Origin: Caldilineaceae bacterium
GTDB lineage: Bacteria > Chloroflexota > Anaerolineae > Caldilineales > Caldilineaceae
DNA: 64,000 nucleotides
Direction: 5' to 3'
NCBI GenBank assembly: GCA_963662575.1
Contig: OY759723.1
Span: 2,696,340-2,760,339, forward strand
Shown: positions 56,120 through 64,000 of the stretch, in pieces
Position numbering within the stretch: the first letter of the stretch is position 1
How the letters are laid out: each line of letters begins with the position of its first letter
Position numbers and translations under genes: made by a program
The notes under the pieces: model-generated
The model's input: only the letters and a program-made list of their open reading frames with translations
Told to the model about the DNA's origin: nothing
Databases searched by the model: none

Positions 56120-57286
56120 TCAAGCGATGGTCACAGTGCGTACGAGGATGCTTTTGCGCTTTTGGCCCTGGGCGTCGGGGTAGTTGAAATCGGAATAGGC
56201 CAGCAAGGCAGTGCGCCCGTCCAGCGGGAGCAGGTCGGAATAGGAGCAGGTGTCGCGGCGCCCTTCGGCTGGCTCGACCGCCACCACTCTCGGTTGCCAA
56301 GTGAGACCGGCTGGGTCCGCGGTGGCGCGGACGTAGAGACCGGGCCGGCCGTATGCGGCAAGCGTAACACCATTGCCGAGGGTCAACGTACGCGGCCAAA
56401 CGCCGCAGTCGTCAAGTACGCGCGGATGGCTCCAGGTCTGGCCGCTGTCCAGTGAGCGGCACCAATACAGCGGGCCAACCCCTAGCAGGTCATGGGTGCG
56501 GATGAGGCACAGAACCGAGCAGTCCGGCATGAAGTTGAACTCCGGCTCGGTGAAGCCGTCCCGCTGGTCCGCGTGCGGATCGGCCTCCCTGTCCGGCTGG
56601 TAGAGGATTTCGCTCAGAACATCCCAGGTATATCCCGCATCGACCGACCGCAGATAGAGAATATTGTTCGCCGGCTGTACCTTGCCATCGACGATCCGCT
56701 TCGTATGGATCGCTTCCCAAATGGAGCCGTCGGGGGCCAGTTGCAGGCGGCCATGGCGAAAGGAGGGCCAGAAGGCGTACATGCCTTCGCGGACGATACG
56801 GATTTCGCCGGGCATGCGCACGGAGGCCGTCTCTTCGATCCAGTCCTTCTCTCCGCTGCGCTGGCGCAAGAAGCGCCAGCCCGAGAGTTCGTCGGCCAGG
56901 TCGGCAGCACGGTAAATGTGGGTTATGCGGGTGGGCGCATCCTCCTGGACCAGCACCGGTTCGGGCAAGGTCACCTCGTCACGGGGGCGGGACGGCAACT
57001 GCACCGGTAGGAGTCGATCTCCGTTTGGCAGCAGGAGACCGCCGCGGGCGTCGCGGCCTTCAACCGGCTGCCACGTTTCGCCTTCGTCGGCAGATAGCGC
57101 ATGTCTGGTGGGCAGCCCGTAGGCGGTGACGGAATCGGCTTCGACGTGGAATTCGATGTGGATACGGCCGTCGGCAAGCCGTTCGAGGTGGGGGAACTGC
57201 CAGGGGCCCCATTCTTTTACTTCAGCCGGGGCCTGGTGTACCAGAACCGGTTCGCCTAAGGTGATCTGCGGCAAGGTCGCCTCCAT
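56120..57286 (-). CDS. BNR-repeat sialidase-superfamily beta-propeller protein (cytoplasmic)
   Basis: SADEGETW, SVDAGYTW and SLDSGQTW BNR motifs. No signal peptide. Confidence 0.7.
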   Translation of the reverse strand: MEATLPQITLGEPVLVHQAPAEVKEWGPWQFPHLERLADGRIHIEFHVEADSVTAYGLPTRHALSADEGETWQPVEGRDARGGLLLPNGDRLLPVQLPSRPRDEVTLPEPVLVQEDAPTRITHIYRAADLADELSGWRFLRQRSGEKDWIEETASVRMPGEIRIVREGMYAFWPSFRHGRLQLAPDGSIWEAIHTKRIVDGKVQPANNILYLRSVDAGYTWDVLSEILYQPDREADPHADQRDGFTEPEFNFMPDCSVLCLIRTHDLLGVGPLYWCRSLDSGQTWSHPRVLDDCGVWPRTLTLGNGVTLAAYGRPGLYVRATADPAGLTWQPRVVAVEPAEGRRDTCSYSDLLPLDGRTALLAYSDFNYPDAQGQKRKSILVRTVTIA

Positions 57287-57331
57287 TCGGTCGTGGCTTA
57301 TGACGAGATACTGTGCTGGATGTGGACAGGC

Positions 57332-59086
57332 TCAGTGCAAGCCCAGTTTTTGCGCGCGTTCGCGCACGGCTTCGGTCAGGCCGGGAAGGAAATTGAGGCG
57401 GCCGTCGGCCCCTTTATGGTGCCTGTCGTAAAGGGCTGCGGTCTCATATATGGTATAACCGTCGAGCCGACCGGACCGATAGGTGTACTCGATCTGATCT
57501 GCCAGCCGGTTGCCGTCGGTGCCCGATACTCTTACAGGAAGGCTAAGGTGCGCGGGCACGCTGTTCGCTGAAACTTCATCCAACACATTTTGCACGAAGG
57601 TGTCGCTGAGAAGGCGTTCGGGCGGCCAGGCGCGGCCGAAGAGCGTCGTCTCGTCGGTCAGACCGGTCTGCAGCCAGCGGCGCCAGTGGAAGTTGATGTT
57701 GCCGGGACGGGAACGCGTGCGCGACGGCGAGGCATCGGGGCGGAAGGATTCGATTTCGATATGGTGATGCAGCGGCAACTCGGCCGCCGCGAGCCGCGCC
57801 CTGGCTGCGTGCAGGAACCGGTCGTACAGGTCGCCGCGCACGTCGCCCAGAATGACCGGATCGTAGGGCTCGACATCGGGGTTGACGCCGTAGCGCCGTT
57901 CGTACTCGGCCGCCACAGGCGGGTTGAAGCCGTAGATCTCGGGTGAATCGGTCCACGAGCTGTGGCAGGAGATGCGCACGTCCAGGCCGTCAACGCCGGC
58001 GGCAATGCAGTCGCTGACCCACTCCATCCAGTGCGCTTGGACCTCGGGTTCACCCTCGCACAGCGAGCCAGCGACGTAGGTGTTTCGCCCTTTGGCAAAG
58101 GCGATCACGCCGTCTGGGGCGTCGGCGGCGTGGGTAAGTACGTTGTCGAAAGCGGACGCGGAGTTGGATACGTCGAGGCGCACCGGTGCCCCGCCGAGGC
58201 CGGTGTCGAATTCGAGGTCGCCGCTGCGCAGGTCGCGCTGGGGCCGCCAGATCGCCTTGTGGCTGGCGACGACGATGGGCAGGGGTTGGTCGTCAGGACC
58301 AAAGGCGCGCACCATCTCTACGGCCGTGTTTGCGAATGTGCCCTCGTTGTCCTCGAAATTGGTCGTGACGGCAATGAAGGGGTCCAGCAGATTGAGGCCG
58401 GAGATATTGAGGACGCGCACTTCATCGCCCCGGCTGCTGATTGGATTGCCGTCGATGTCGACGACATCACGGGGACAGGTCTCTATTCCTTCGCTGACGT
58501 CGAACTCCAGGTCGCGCTTGTGGTATCCGTCGTTGTCGTCGCTGGTCCAGATCTCCAGGTTTTCCGGTCGGATGCGAAGCGGTGTATTGTCCTTTTGCCG
58601 CAGTTGGATGCGTGTGACCGGCGTCGTGTCGAGCCCGTGCGGCAGGTCGGCATGGCGGGCCTTCACCCGCATTTCGGGCCGTGCCACCACCCAAGGGTCG
58701 ACGTGGTAGTAGCCGCCGATGCCGGGCAACCCGATGATGCCGTCTTTCGCCAGAACGGCCTTCGTATTGGCGTGGCTGACGCCGTTCTCGTAGGGCTTGA
58801 TAACGGCGTAGAACTCCATGCCGCGCTCGTGGGCCAGGCGGCGCCCTACGCGCATCGGATCGCCCAGGTTTTCGAGAGTTTTGGCCACGCCTCCGAGCGG
58901 CCCGTATGCCAGGAACCACTCCCAGTGACCAGCGTGGTAGTAGTTCCAATAGACGCGGCGCACACCCATCCAGTGGAGACGGTCTATCAGTTGGGCCACC
59001 AGATCTTCGGTGAATTCGATTCGCTGGCAGTCGTCGGGGAAGTCCACCAGGGTTGAGAGTAGAAAGGGGCGGTCTTTCATTGTCAA
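57332..59086 (-). CDS. Hypothetical protein, possibly a glycoside-hydrolase-like TIM barrel
   Basis: 584-aa ORF with coding-like composition and the N-terminal block RLHWMGVRRVYWNYYHAGHWEW. The start is ambiguous (TTG 59086 or ATG 59080). The family call is weak. Confidence 0.3.
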   Translation of the reverse strand: MTMKDRPFLLSTLVDFPDDCQRIEFTEDLVAQLIDRLHWMGVRRVYWNYYHAGHWEWFLAYGPLGGVAKTLENLGDPMRVGRRLAHERGMEFYAVIKPYENGVSHANTKAVLAKDGIIGLPGIGGYYHVDPWVVARPEMRVKARHADLPHGLDTTPVTRIQLRQKDNTPLRIRPENLEIWTSDDNDGYHKRDLEFDVSEGIETCPRDVVDIDGNPISSRGDEVRVLNISGLNLLDPFIAVTTNFEDNEGTFANTAVEMVRAFGPDDQPLPIVVASHKAIWRPQRDLRSGDLEFDTGLGGAPVRLDVSNSASAFDNVLTHAADAPDGVIAFAKGRNTYVAGSLCEGEPEVQAHWMEWVSDCIAAGVDGLDVRISCHSSWTDSPEIYGFNPPVAAEYERRYGVNPDVEPYDPVILGDVRGDLYDRFLHAARARLAAAELPLHHHIEIESFRPDASPSRTRSRPGNINFHWRRWLQTGLTDETTLFGRAWPPERLLSDTFVQNVLDEVSANSVPAHLSLPVRVSGTDGNRLADQIEYTYRSGRLDGYTIYETAALYDRHHKGADGRLNFLPGLTEAVRERAQKLGLH

Positions 59087-59160
59087 TCACTCTTGGTGGT
59101 TCGCGGCCTGTGGCCGGATTGGTAAAGTAGAAGATCGGAAGTTGGTAACGGTAAAGGCGA

Positions 59161-60075
59161 TCAGTCGAGCGTCATGCGGGGGTCGAAGGCGTCGCGCAGG
59201 CCATCGCCCACAAAGTTGATTGCCAGCACAGTGAGAAGGATCGCCATACCGGGCGGCAGCCAGATCCACCAGTGGCGTTCGAGGATGTAGATAGATTGGG
59301 CGCCGTTGAGCATATTGCCCCAGGAGGGTGTGGGCGGCAGCACGCCAAGCCCCAGGAAGGAGAGACCGGCCTCGGTCAGGATGGCACCGGCAACGCCGAA
59401 TGTGGCGGCCACGAGCAAGGGGGCAAGCACGTGCGGCAGGATATGCTTGAACATGATGTTGCGGTCCAGCACGCCGAGGCTGCGCGCGGCCATCACAAAG
59501 TCCCATTCACGCACCGACAGGATCTGGCCGCGCACGAGCCGAGCCGAACTCGGCCATCCCAGAAAGCCGATTACGATCATCACATTGTAAATGCTGGGCC
59601 CCAAGACAGCCACTACGGTCATGATCAGAATCAGCACGGGGAAGACCATCATTACGTCAGTGGTGCGCATGATTGCCATGTCTACCCATCCGCCGTAGTA
59701 GCCCGCAAGCGTTCCCAGCAAGAGCGCGATCACGATCGAGATCGAAACAGCAACCAACCCTACGGAGAGCGAAACGCGTCCGCCGAATACCACCCGCGAC
59801 CAGATATCGCGTCCCGCAATGTCTCCCCCCAGAATGTGTTCGGCGCTGGGCGCGGCGCGTGCCAGGCCGGAGTGGATCTTGCTCGGAGCGTGCTGTGTGA
59901 CCAAAGGGGCGGCCACTGCGAGCAAGGCCACAATGACCAGGAAGATCAGCCCGGCCATGGCCAATTTATGGCGGCGAAAGCGCCGCCAGGAGCGGGCGCG
60001 CGGCGTGGCCGTCACAGAGCGCCGCGGCTCGTCAAATATATCCTCGGACGCTGTCGCTGTTTGCTTCTCAGTCAT
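59161..60075 (-). CDS. ABC transporter permease (DppC-like), importer 4
   Basis: TM-rich, GGDIAGRDIWSRV, C-terminal VGDGLRDAFDPR. Confidence 0.9.
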   Translation of the reverse strand: MTEKQTATASEDIFDEPRRSVTATPRARSWRRFRRHKLAMAGLIFLVIVALLAVAAPLVTQHAPSKIHSGLARAAPSAEHILGGDIAGRDIWSRVVFGGRVSLSVGLVAVSISIVIALLLGTLAGYYGGWVDMAIMRTTDVMMVFPVLILIMTVVAVLGPSIYNVMIVIGFLGWPSSARLVRGQILSVREWDFVMAARSLGVLDRNIMFKHILPHVLAPLLVAATFGVAGAILTEAGLSFLGLGVLPPTPSWGNMLNGAQSIYILERHWWIWLPPGMAILLTVLAINFVGDGLRDAFDPRMTLD

Positions 60076-60080
60076 CGACC

Positions 60081-61049
60081 TCAGCCTTCTTCATAGCGGA
60101 TGCGTGGGTCGGCCATGGTATAGACCAGGTCCGCGAGCAGGTTGCTCAACAGGACCAGGATCGCTGTCATCAACACACCGCCCATCATCAGAGGGTAATC
60201 TCGTATCTCCGTGGCCCTAAATATTGTCAGGCCGACGCCGGGATAGTTGAACACCGTTTCGATCAGAACGGCCCCCCCAAACATGCTCGGAAGGCGAAGG
60301 CCGAGAATGGTGATGATAGGCAGCAGGGCGTTGCGAAGTCCATGCCGAAGGATCACTATATGCTCGACCAGGCCTTTGGCGCGCGCGGTGGTCATGTAAT
60401 CCTGGTTCAGGACTTCCAGCAGACTCGCCCGTGTATAGCGCAACAGGCTGCCGGTCGTATCATAGGCCAGGGCGATGCCGGGCAGGATGATATGCGCGAA
60501 TCGATCCCCGAAAGAAGGCTCCAAGCCAGGCGTGGTGACGCCCCCGGTCGGCAGGATATCCATCTTGATGGCCACGGCGTAGATGAGGAGCAGGGCGAAG
60601 AAAAAGCCGGGTACGGCCACGCCGGCGAAGGCGAAGGTGGTCAATATGCTGTCAAGCAGCGAATACGGTTTCAAGGCGGAGATTATGCCTAGGATGATGC
60701 CCGAGACGGTCGAAACCACAAGCGCAAAGATCATCACCGGCATACTGTTGCCCAATGCGCGCAACATCACCTCAAACACGGGCGTGTTAAACCAGATTGA
60801 GTAGCCCAGATTGCCCTGTAAGGCCTGTCCAAGCCAGAGCAGATAGCGTACGGGGATCGGTTTGTTCAGTCCCAGTGCCTCGCGCGCTTCCTGCAGATCT
60901 TCTGCCGTCATGCTGCTCAACTCTAAGGGGTCGATCATGGCGGAGACCGGGTCTCCTGGCGCCAGCGCAAGGATTGTATAGTTGATAATCGTTATGCCGA
61001 GCAGTAAAGGGAAGACCAGGAGAATCCGGCGCAGGATGTAAGTTGACAT
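60081..61049 (-). CDS. ABC transporter permease (DppB-like), importer 4
   Basis: MSTYILRRILLVFPLLLGITIINYTILALAPGDP; C-terminal DPRIRYE. Confidence 0.9.
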   Translation of the reverse strand: MSTYILRRILLVFPLLLGITIINYTILALAPGDPVSAMIDPLELSSMTAEDLQEAREALGLNKPIPVRYLLWLGQALQGNLGYSIWFNTPVFEVMLRALGNSMPVMIFALVVSTVSGIILGIISALKPYSLLDSILTTFAFAGVAVPGFFFALLLIYAVAIKMDILPTGGVTTPGLEPSFGDRFAHIILPGIALAYDTTGSLLRYTRASLLEVLNQDYMTTARAKGLVEHIVILRHGLRNALLPIITILGLRLPSMFGGAVLIETVFNYPGVGLTIFRATEIRDYPLMMGGVLMTAILVLLSNLLADLVYTMADPRIRYEEG

Positions 61050-61067
61050 ATCTGTAGCGTGTTTGCC

Positions 61068-61100
61068 GGTCCTCCGAGGCCTTCACGACCTCGGAGGACC
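61068..61100 (-). other. Intercistronic stem-loop after the SBP gene (12-bp perfect stem GGTCCTCCGAGG/CCTCGGAGGACC, 9-nt loop)
   Basis: Read directly between the SBP stop (61141) and the permease start (61049); no U-tract. Confidence 0.55.
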
Positions 61101-61140
61101 TGTAGTTGGTCGAACTTTCAGTGGTCAGTTGCCGGCGATG

Positions 61141-62844
61141 CTATGCCGACACGTAGACGTTTACCCAGTCGATCCAGCTGGTGCGCGGTCCGTAAACAGG
61201 AACGACAGTGCCGTTCTGCACACGTTTGTTTATCACGTGTATGCCCGGAACCTGGGCGATTACACAGTGGCGCTGGAGGTCGGCGGCATACTCTTGCAGC
61301 CGCAAAGCGCCGGCGCGCAGCTCTTCCGGATCCTCCACGAGGATCAGTTCATCGACCATCGCCACGCCCTGTTCGTCGACGTCTCCCCAGCGCGGGTCGG
61401 TGAAGTTGTGGATGAAGCCGCCGGGTGTCAGACCCCATCCATAGCCGCTGAAGAGCGTATCGAAGTCGTGCGGAGGATTGTTAAGGATGTTGGTGTACTC
61501 TGCGGCCATGACGTGGAACTCGGTCTTGACGCCGACTGCATCCCACATTTCCCGCAACATGGCATAGAGAGGCTCGTAGGTTGGCGAGAGCGAAGACATC
61601 CCCAGGCGGAAGGTGTAATCGAAATCCCATCCGCCTTCCTCCAGCAGTTGGCGGGCCCTTTCCGGGTTGTACTCGTACCACTGGGCCGAATCGTCGCTGA
61701 TGCCGTAGTCGCCATACCAGAGCGGCGCCTTGGCGCCTTCGACGGTGCCGAAGAAGAAGTCTTTGGCGATCTGTTCGCGGTCCAGCGCCAGGCTCAGGCC
61801 TTGGCGGACGCGCTTGTCGTTGAGGACGTAGCGCAGGTTGTGGTACCAGGCAAAGGCGCTGGGGCCATGGTTGAGCACGATGTCGACGTGGTCCATCAAT
61901 TGGAAGCGTTCGTACTCGGACTGCGGCGTGCGGATGGCGATATGGCACTCGCCCTTTTCCACGGCGGCGGCCATCGCCAACTGGTCGGTATAGGGGACAA
62001 AGGCGAGCTTGTCCAGCTGCGGCTTTCCGCCCCAGTAGTCGTCGAATGGTTCGTACTCGACGATCTGATCGGGGATGTAGTTGCTGACTTTGAAGGGGCC
62101 GGTGCCGATGCCCTGCTCCTTGGCGTATGGTGTATTCTTCAGCCCCTGCTGCCCCTGATCGTCGATGCCCCACTGGTCCTCCGGATACTGGCTCAGGAGG
62201 TGTTTGGGCATAATGGGGAAATTGAGTAGCTTCTCCAGGAATGCGGCGCGATAAGGGTTGGTCATGTGGAAGACGATTGTATGGTCGTCAGGCGCCGAAA
62301 TCCCCGTCACCGCGTCGGCCTCACCTTCGGAGAACTCGGTCATACCCTCGATGATGCCCTTAAAGTGACGCACGCCGTTCCACTGGTTGACGTTCGGATG
62401 GCCAACAAGGCGTCCGATCGTAAACTCCACGTCGGCCGACGTGAACGGCTCGCCGTCGTGCCACTTGACGCCCTGGCGCAGATTGAAGGTCGCGTCATTG
62501 CCGTCGAACTCCCAGTTTTCGGCCAGTTCGGGCAACCACGTCGTGTAGTCGGTACTGATGTTGACCAGGCAGTTGTGCGTCAGACCGACCAGGTAGTATC
62601 TCCTGTTGCCGGCGTTATGCTCCATCGCCAGCAGATCCTGGTAGCTGGTCTTCTGGGGGTAGCCGAAGACGAGCGTGCCGCCCATGCGATCCGATGCCAT
62701 AGCGGCTTCTTCGTCTGCGGCAGGCGCCTCTCCTGCAGGCGCAGCAGCCGGTGCGCAGGCCGCCAGCAGGCCGCCGGCCGCGGCGATGACGGACCCCTTT
62801 AGGAAGTTACGGCGTGAGAAATCGTTGGACTCAAAGCGTTGCAT
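61141..62844 (-). CDS. ABC transporter substrate-binding protein, family 5, with a Tat-type signal plus lipobox, importer 4
   Basis: SRRNFLKGSVIAAAGGLLAAC; 567 aa; CAGGAGG RBS. Confidence 0.85.
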   Translation of the reverse strand: MQRFESNDFSRRNFLKGSVIAAAGGLLAACAPAAAPAGEAPAADEEAAMASDRMGGTLVFGYPQKTSYQDLLAMEHNAGNRRYYLVGLTHNCLVNISTDYTTWLPELAENWEFDGNDATFNLRQGVKWHDGEPFTSADVEFTIGRLVGHPNVNQWNGVRHFKGIIEGMTEFSEGEADAVTGISAPDDHTIVFHMTNPYRAAFLEKLLNFPIMPKHLLSQYPEDQWGIDDQGQQGLKNTPYAKEQGIGTGPFKVSNYIPDQIVEYEPFDDYWGGKPQLDKLAFVPYTDQLAMAAAVEKGECHIAIRTPQSEYERFQLMDHVDIVLNHGPSAFAWYHNLRYVLNDKRVRQGLSLALDREQIAKDFFFGTVEGAKAPLWYGDYGISDDSAQWYEYNPERARQLLEEGGWDFDYTFRLGMSSLSPTYEPLYAMLREMWDAVGVKTEFHVMAAEYTNILNNPPHDFDTLFSGYGWGLTPGGFIHNFTDPRWGDVDEQGVAMVDELILVEDPEELRAGALRLQEYAADLQRHCVIAQVPGIHVINKRVQNGTVVPVYGPRTSWIDWVNVYVSA

Positions 62845-63007
62845 GTTGTTCCTCCTGAGTTCTACTGTGACTGTCGTGATCGCCGTGATAAATGCAGTGA
62901 ATCATGCACATCACATGAATCAGGTGAATTGACTTCAATCGAGTGCATTGGCTCCTCCTGGCCGGTGTTCGACCTCCAAACTGCGCTGGCATTGGGACCT
63001 TGTGTTA

Positions 63008-64000
63008 TCAAAGCCGTCCCAAGTCCAATTCCAGCAGATAGATGCGTTCCCGTTCGTCGGGCGTCATGCTGTCCGGCGGCAGTGTGGAGGTGGGATAGCG
63101 CGCAAGGATGCGGCTGCGGACTTCGGCGTCGGTTGGCACAGGCATCCAGCCGTAGGGCATGCGGTCGTAAACCACCAACAGCCGGCCCGGCTCAACCTCC
63201 AGCATCGAAGTGTAGGATGTAGTCTGGTCCGACTGGTCGAAATTGTGATGGACGGTGTAGTACTGGTCCCTGGTGACCGGCTCCAGCCCGTACTTGCCGG
63301 GGCTGATCTGATGGGCGTCGTCCATCTCGGCGTTGTGGTGGGCCATGATGTCGAACGGCTGCCAATGTTCTCCGCGCGGGTCGGTCGAGAACCAGATGAA
63401 GAGTCCCGGACGGCCGGTCGAGATGACCAGGGCGCCGTTGCTCAGACGCTTTAAATCGGGCAGCACGCCCCAGGCCGGCAGGCGGTCGATGGGGGACCAG
63501 GTCTTGCCTTCATCGCTGGAGTAAGAACGCGCCAGCAGTTGATCGCGCCCGCCGCCCATGCGGCCCACACACATCAGGTCTCCGTCCTGTAGGCGCACGA
63601 GTGAGGACTCACAGAAGCCTTCCCAGGAGTCAGCGCCGGCCTCTGGGCCGCAGACGGTGGAAAGGTAATGCCAGCTGCGGCCTTCATCCTCTGAGACCAT
63701 AACCACGGTACTGTAGCGCTCGTCCCCTGCGAAGGTCATATAGGTGGTGGAAAGGTAGCGGCCCGGCTCCAGTTCGATGATGTCGCCAAAGGGGGAAAGC
63801 TCAGCCCAGCGGGTGGGACTCTGCACGGTGCGGGCCTGCACATCACGCGGCAGACCTTCGATGCGCGAGCCCCACAAATCGACGGTGTACTGCTCGGCGC
63901 CCTTTGCGATGCGTCCGTAGTGACCCACGAAGGTGCGCCACTGACCAAGCGGCTCGGGCTTGTATGGCTGGTTGGGGCCGACAAGCGAGCCGTCGGGCAG
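63008..64000 (-). CDS. BNR-repeat sialidase-superfamily protein, 5' end probably beyond the window
   Basis: SEDEGRSW and SSDEGKTW motifs. The ORF-track start at 63928 is a GTG, and I traced the frame open up to position 64000. Confidence 0.65.
   Translation of the reverse strand: MPDGSLVGPNQPYKPEPLGQWRTFVGHYGRIAKGAEQYTVDLWGSRIEGLPRDVQARTVQSPTRWAELSPFGDIIELEPGRYLSTTYMTFAGDERYSTVVMVSEDEGRSWHYLSTVCGPEAGADSWEGFCESSLVRLQDGDLMCVGRMGGGRDQLLARSYSSDEGKTWSPIDRLPAWGVLPDLKRLSNGALVISTGRPGLFIWFSTDPRGEHWQPFDIMAHHNAEMDDAHQISPGKYGLEPVTRDQYYTVHHNFDQSDQTTSYTSMLEVEPGRLLVVYDRMPYGWMPVPTDAEVRSRILARYPTSTLPPDSMTPDERERIYLLELDLGRL

Noticed and set aside
1-64000. Defence systems, toxin-antitoxin pairs, prophage or integrative-element genes
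   Set aside because: I read all ORFs above ~100 aa and found no nuclease, helicase, RT, methyltransferase, integrase, capsid or small paired-ORF signature. The only ATPases are the two ABC subunits.

Overview
GC-rich, gene-dense 64-kb chromosomal segment with about 50 protein-coding genes. By eye I found no rRNA, tRNA, CRISPR array, transposase, integrase or recognisable transcription-factor gene. The protein repertoire suggests a heterotrophic Chloroflexota-like bacterium: family-5 'peptide' ABC importers beside cytoplasmic glycosidase-like enzymes, BNR propellers, and a Thr/Pro-rich anchored protein. Taxonomy cannot be verified here. Layout: (i) 617-18860 is one plus-strand run. It holds a D-2-hydroxyacid dehydrogenase, an FGE-fold fusion protein, a PhyH-type Fe/2OG dioxygenase, a two-gene cassette (short SDR/epimerase-like protein plus PAL-like NHL beta-propeller) in three tandem copies, a ferritin-like protein, and a complete five-gene ABC importer. 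(ii) 45964 down to 18958 is a 23-gene minus-strand run. It holds SDR, 2 MDR dehydrogenases and BKACE; then MSOX-like oxidase, M19 dipeptidase and ABC importer 3; then GH32, a BNR protein, an OYE-type flavoprotein, a propeller protein, a PIG-L deacetylase, 2 PhyH dioxygenases and a Gfo/Idh/MocA oxidoreductase; then ABC importer 2 and an epimerase. (iii) 46.4-56.0 kb is compositionally patchy and bracketed by two copies of a ~250-nt repeat with conserved hairpins. It contains a Cys-rich small protein, an 826-aa lipoprotein with three internal repeats, murE translationally coupled to a BNR/Thr-Pro-rich anchored protein, a compound short-tandem-repeat array with G-quadruplex potential, and a ribokinase. 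(iv) 56.1-64.0 kb holds two more BNR/sialidase-like proteins, a TIM-barrel-like hypothetical protein and ABC importer 4. The main hypothesis is that the first operon is a bacterial, copper-independent analogue of the PHM/PAL hydroxylation plus N-dealkylation chemistry, with its lyase module triplicated. All functional calls rest on motifs read by eye and remembered family signatures. No database search was possible.
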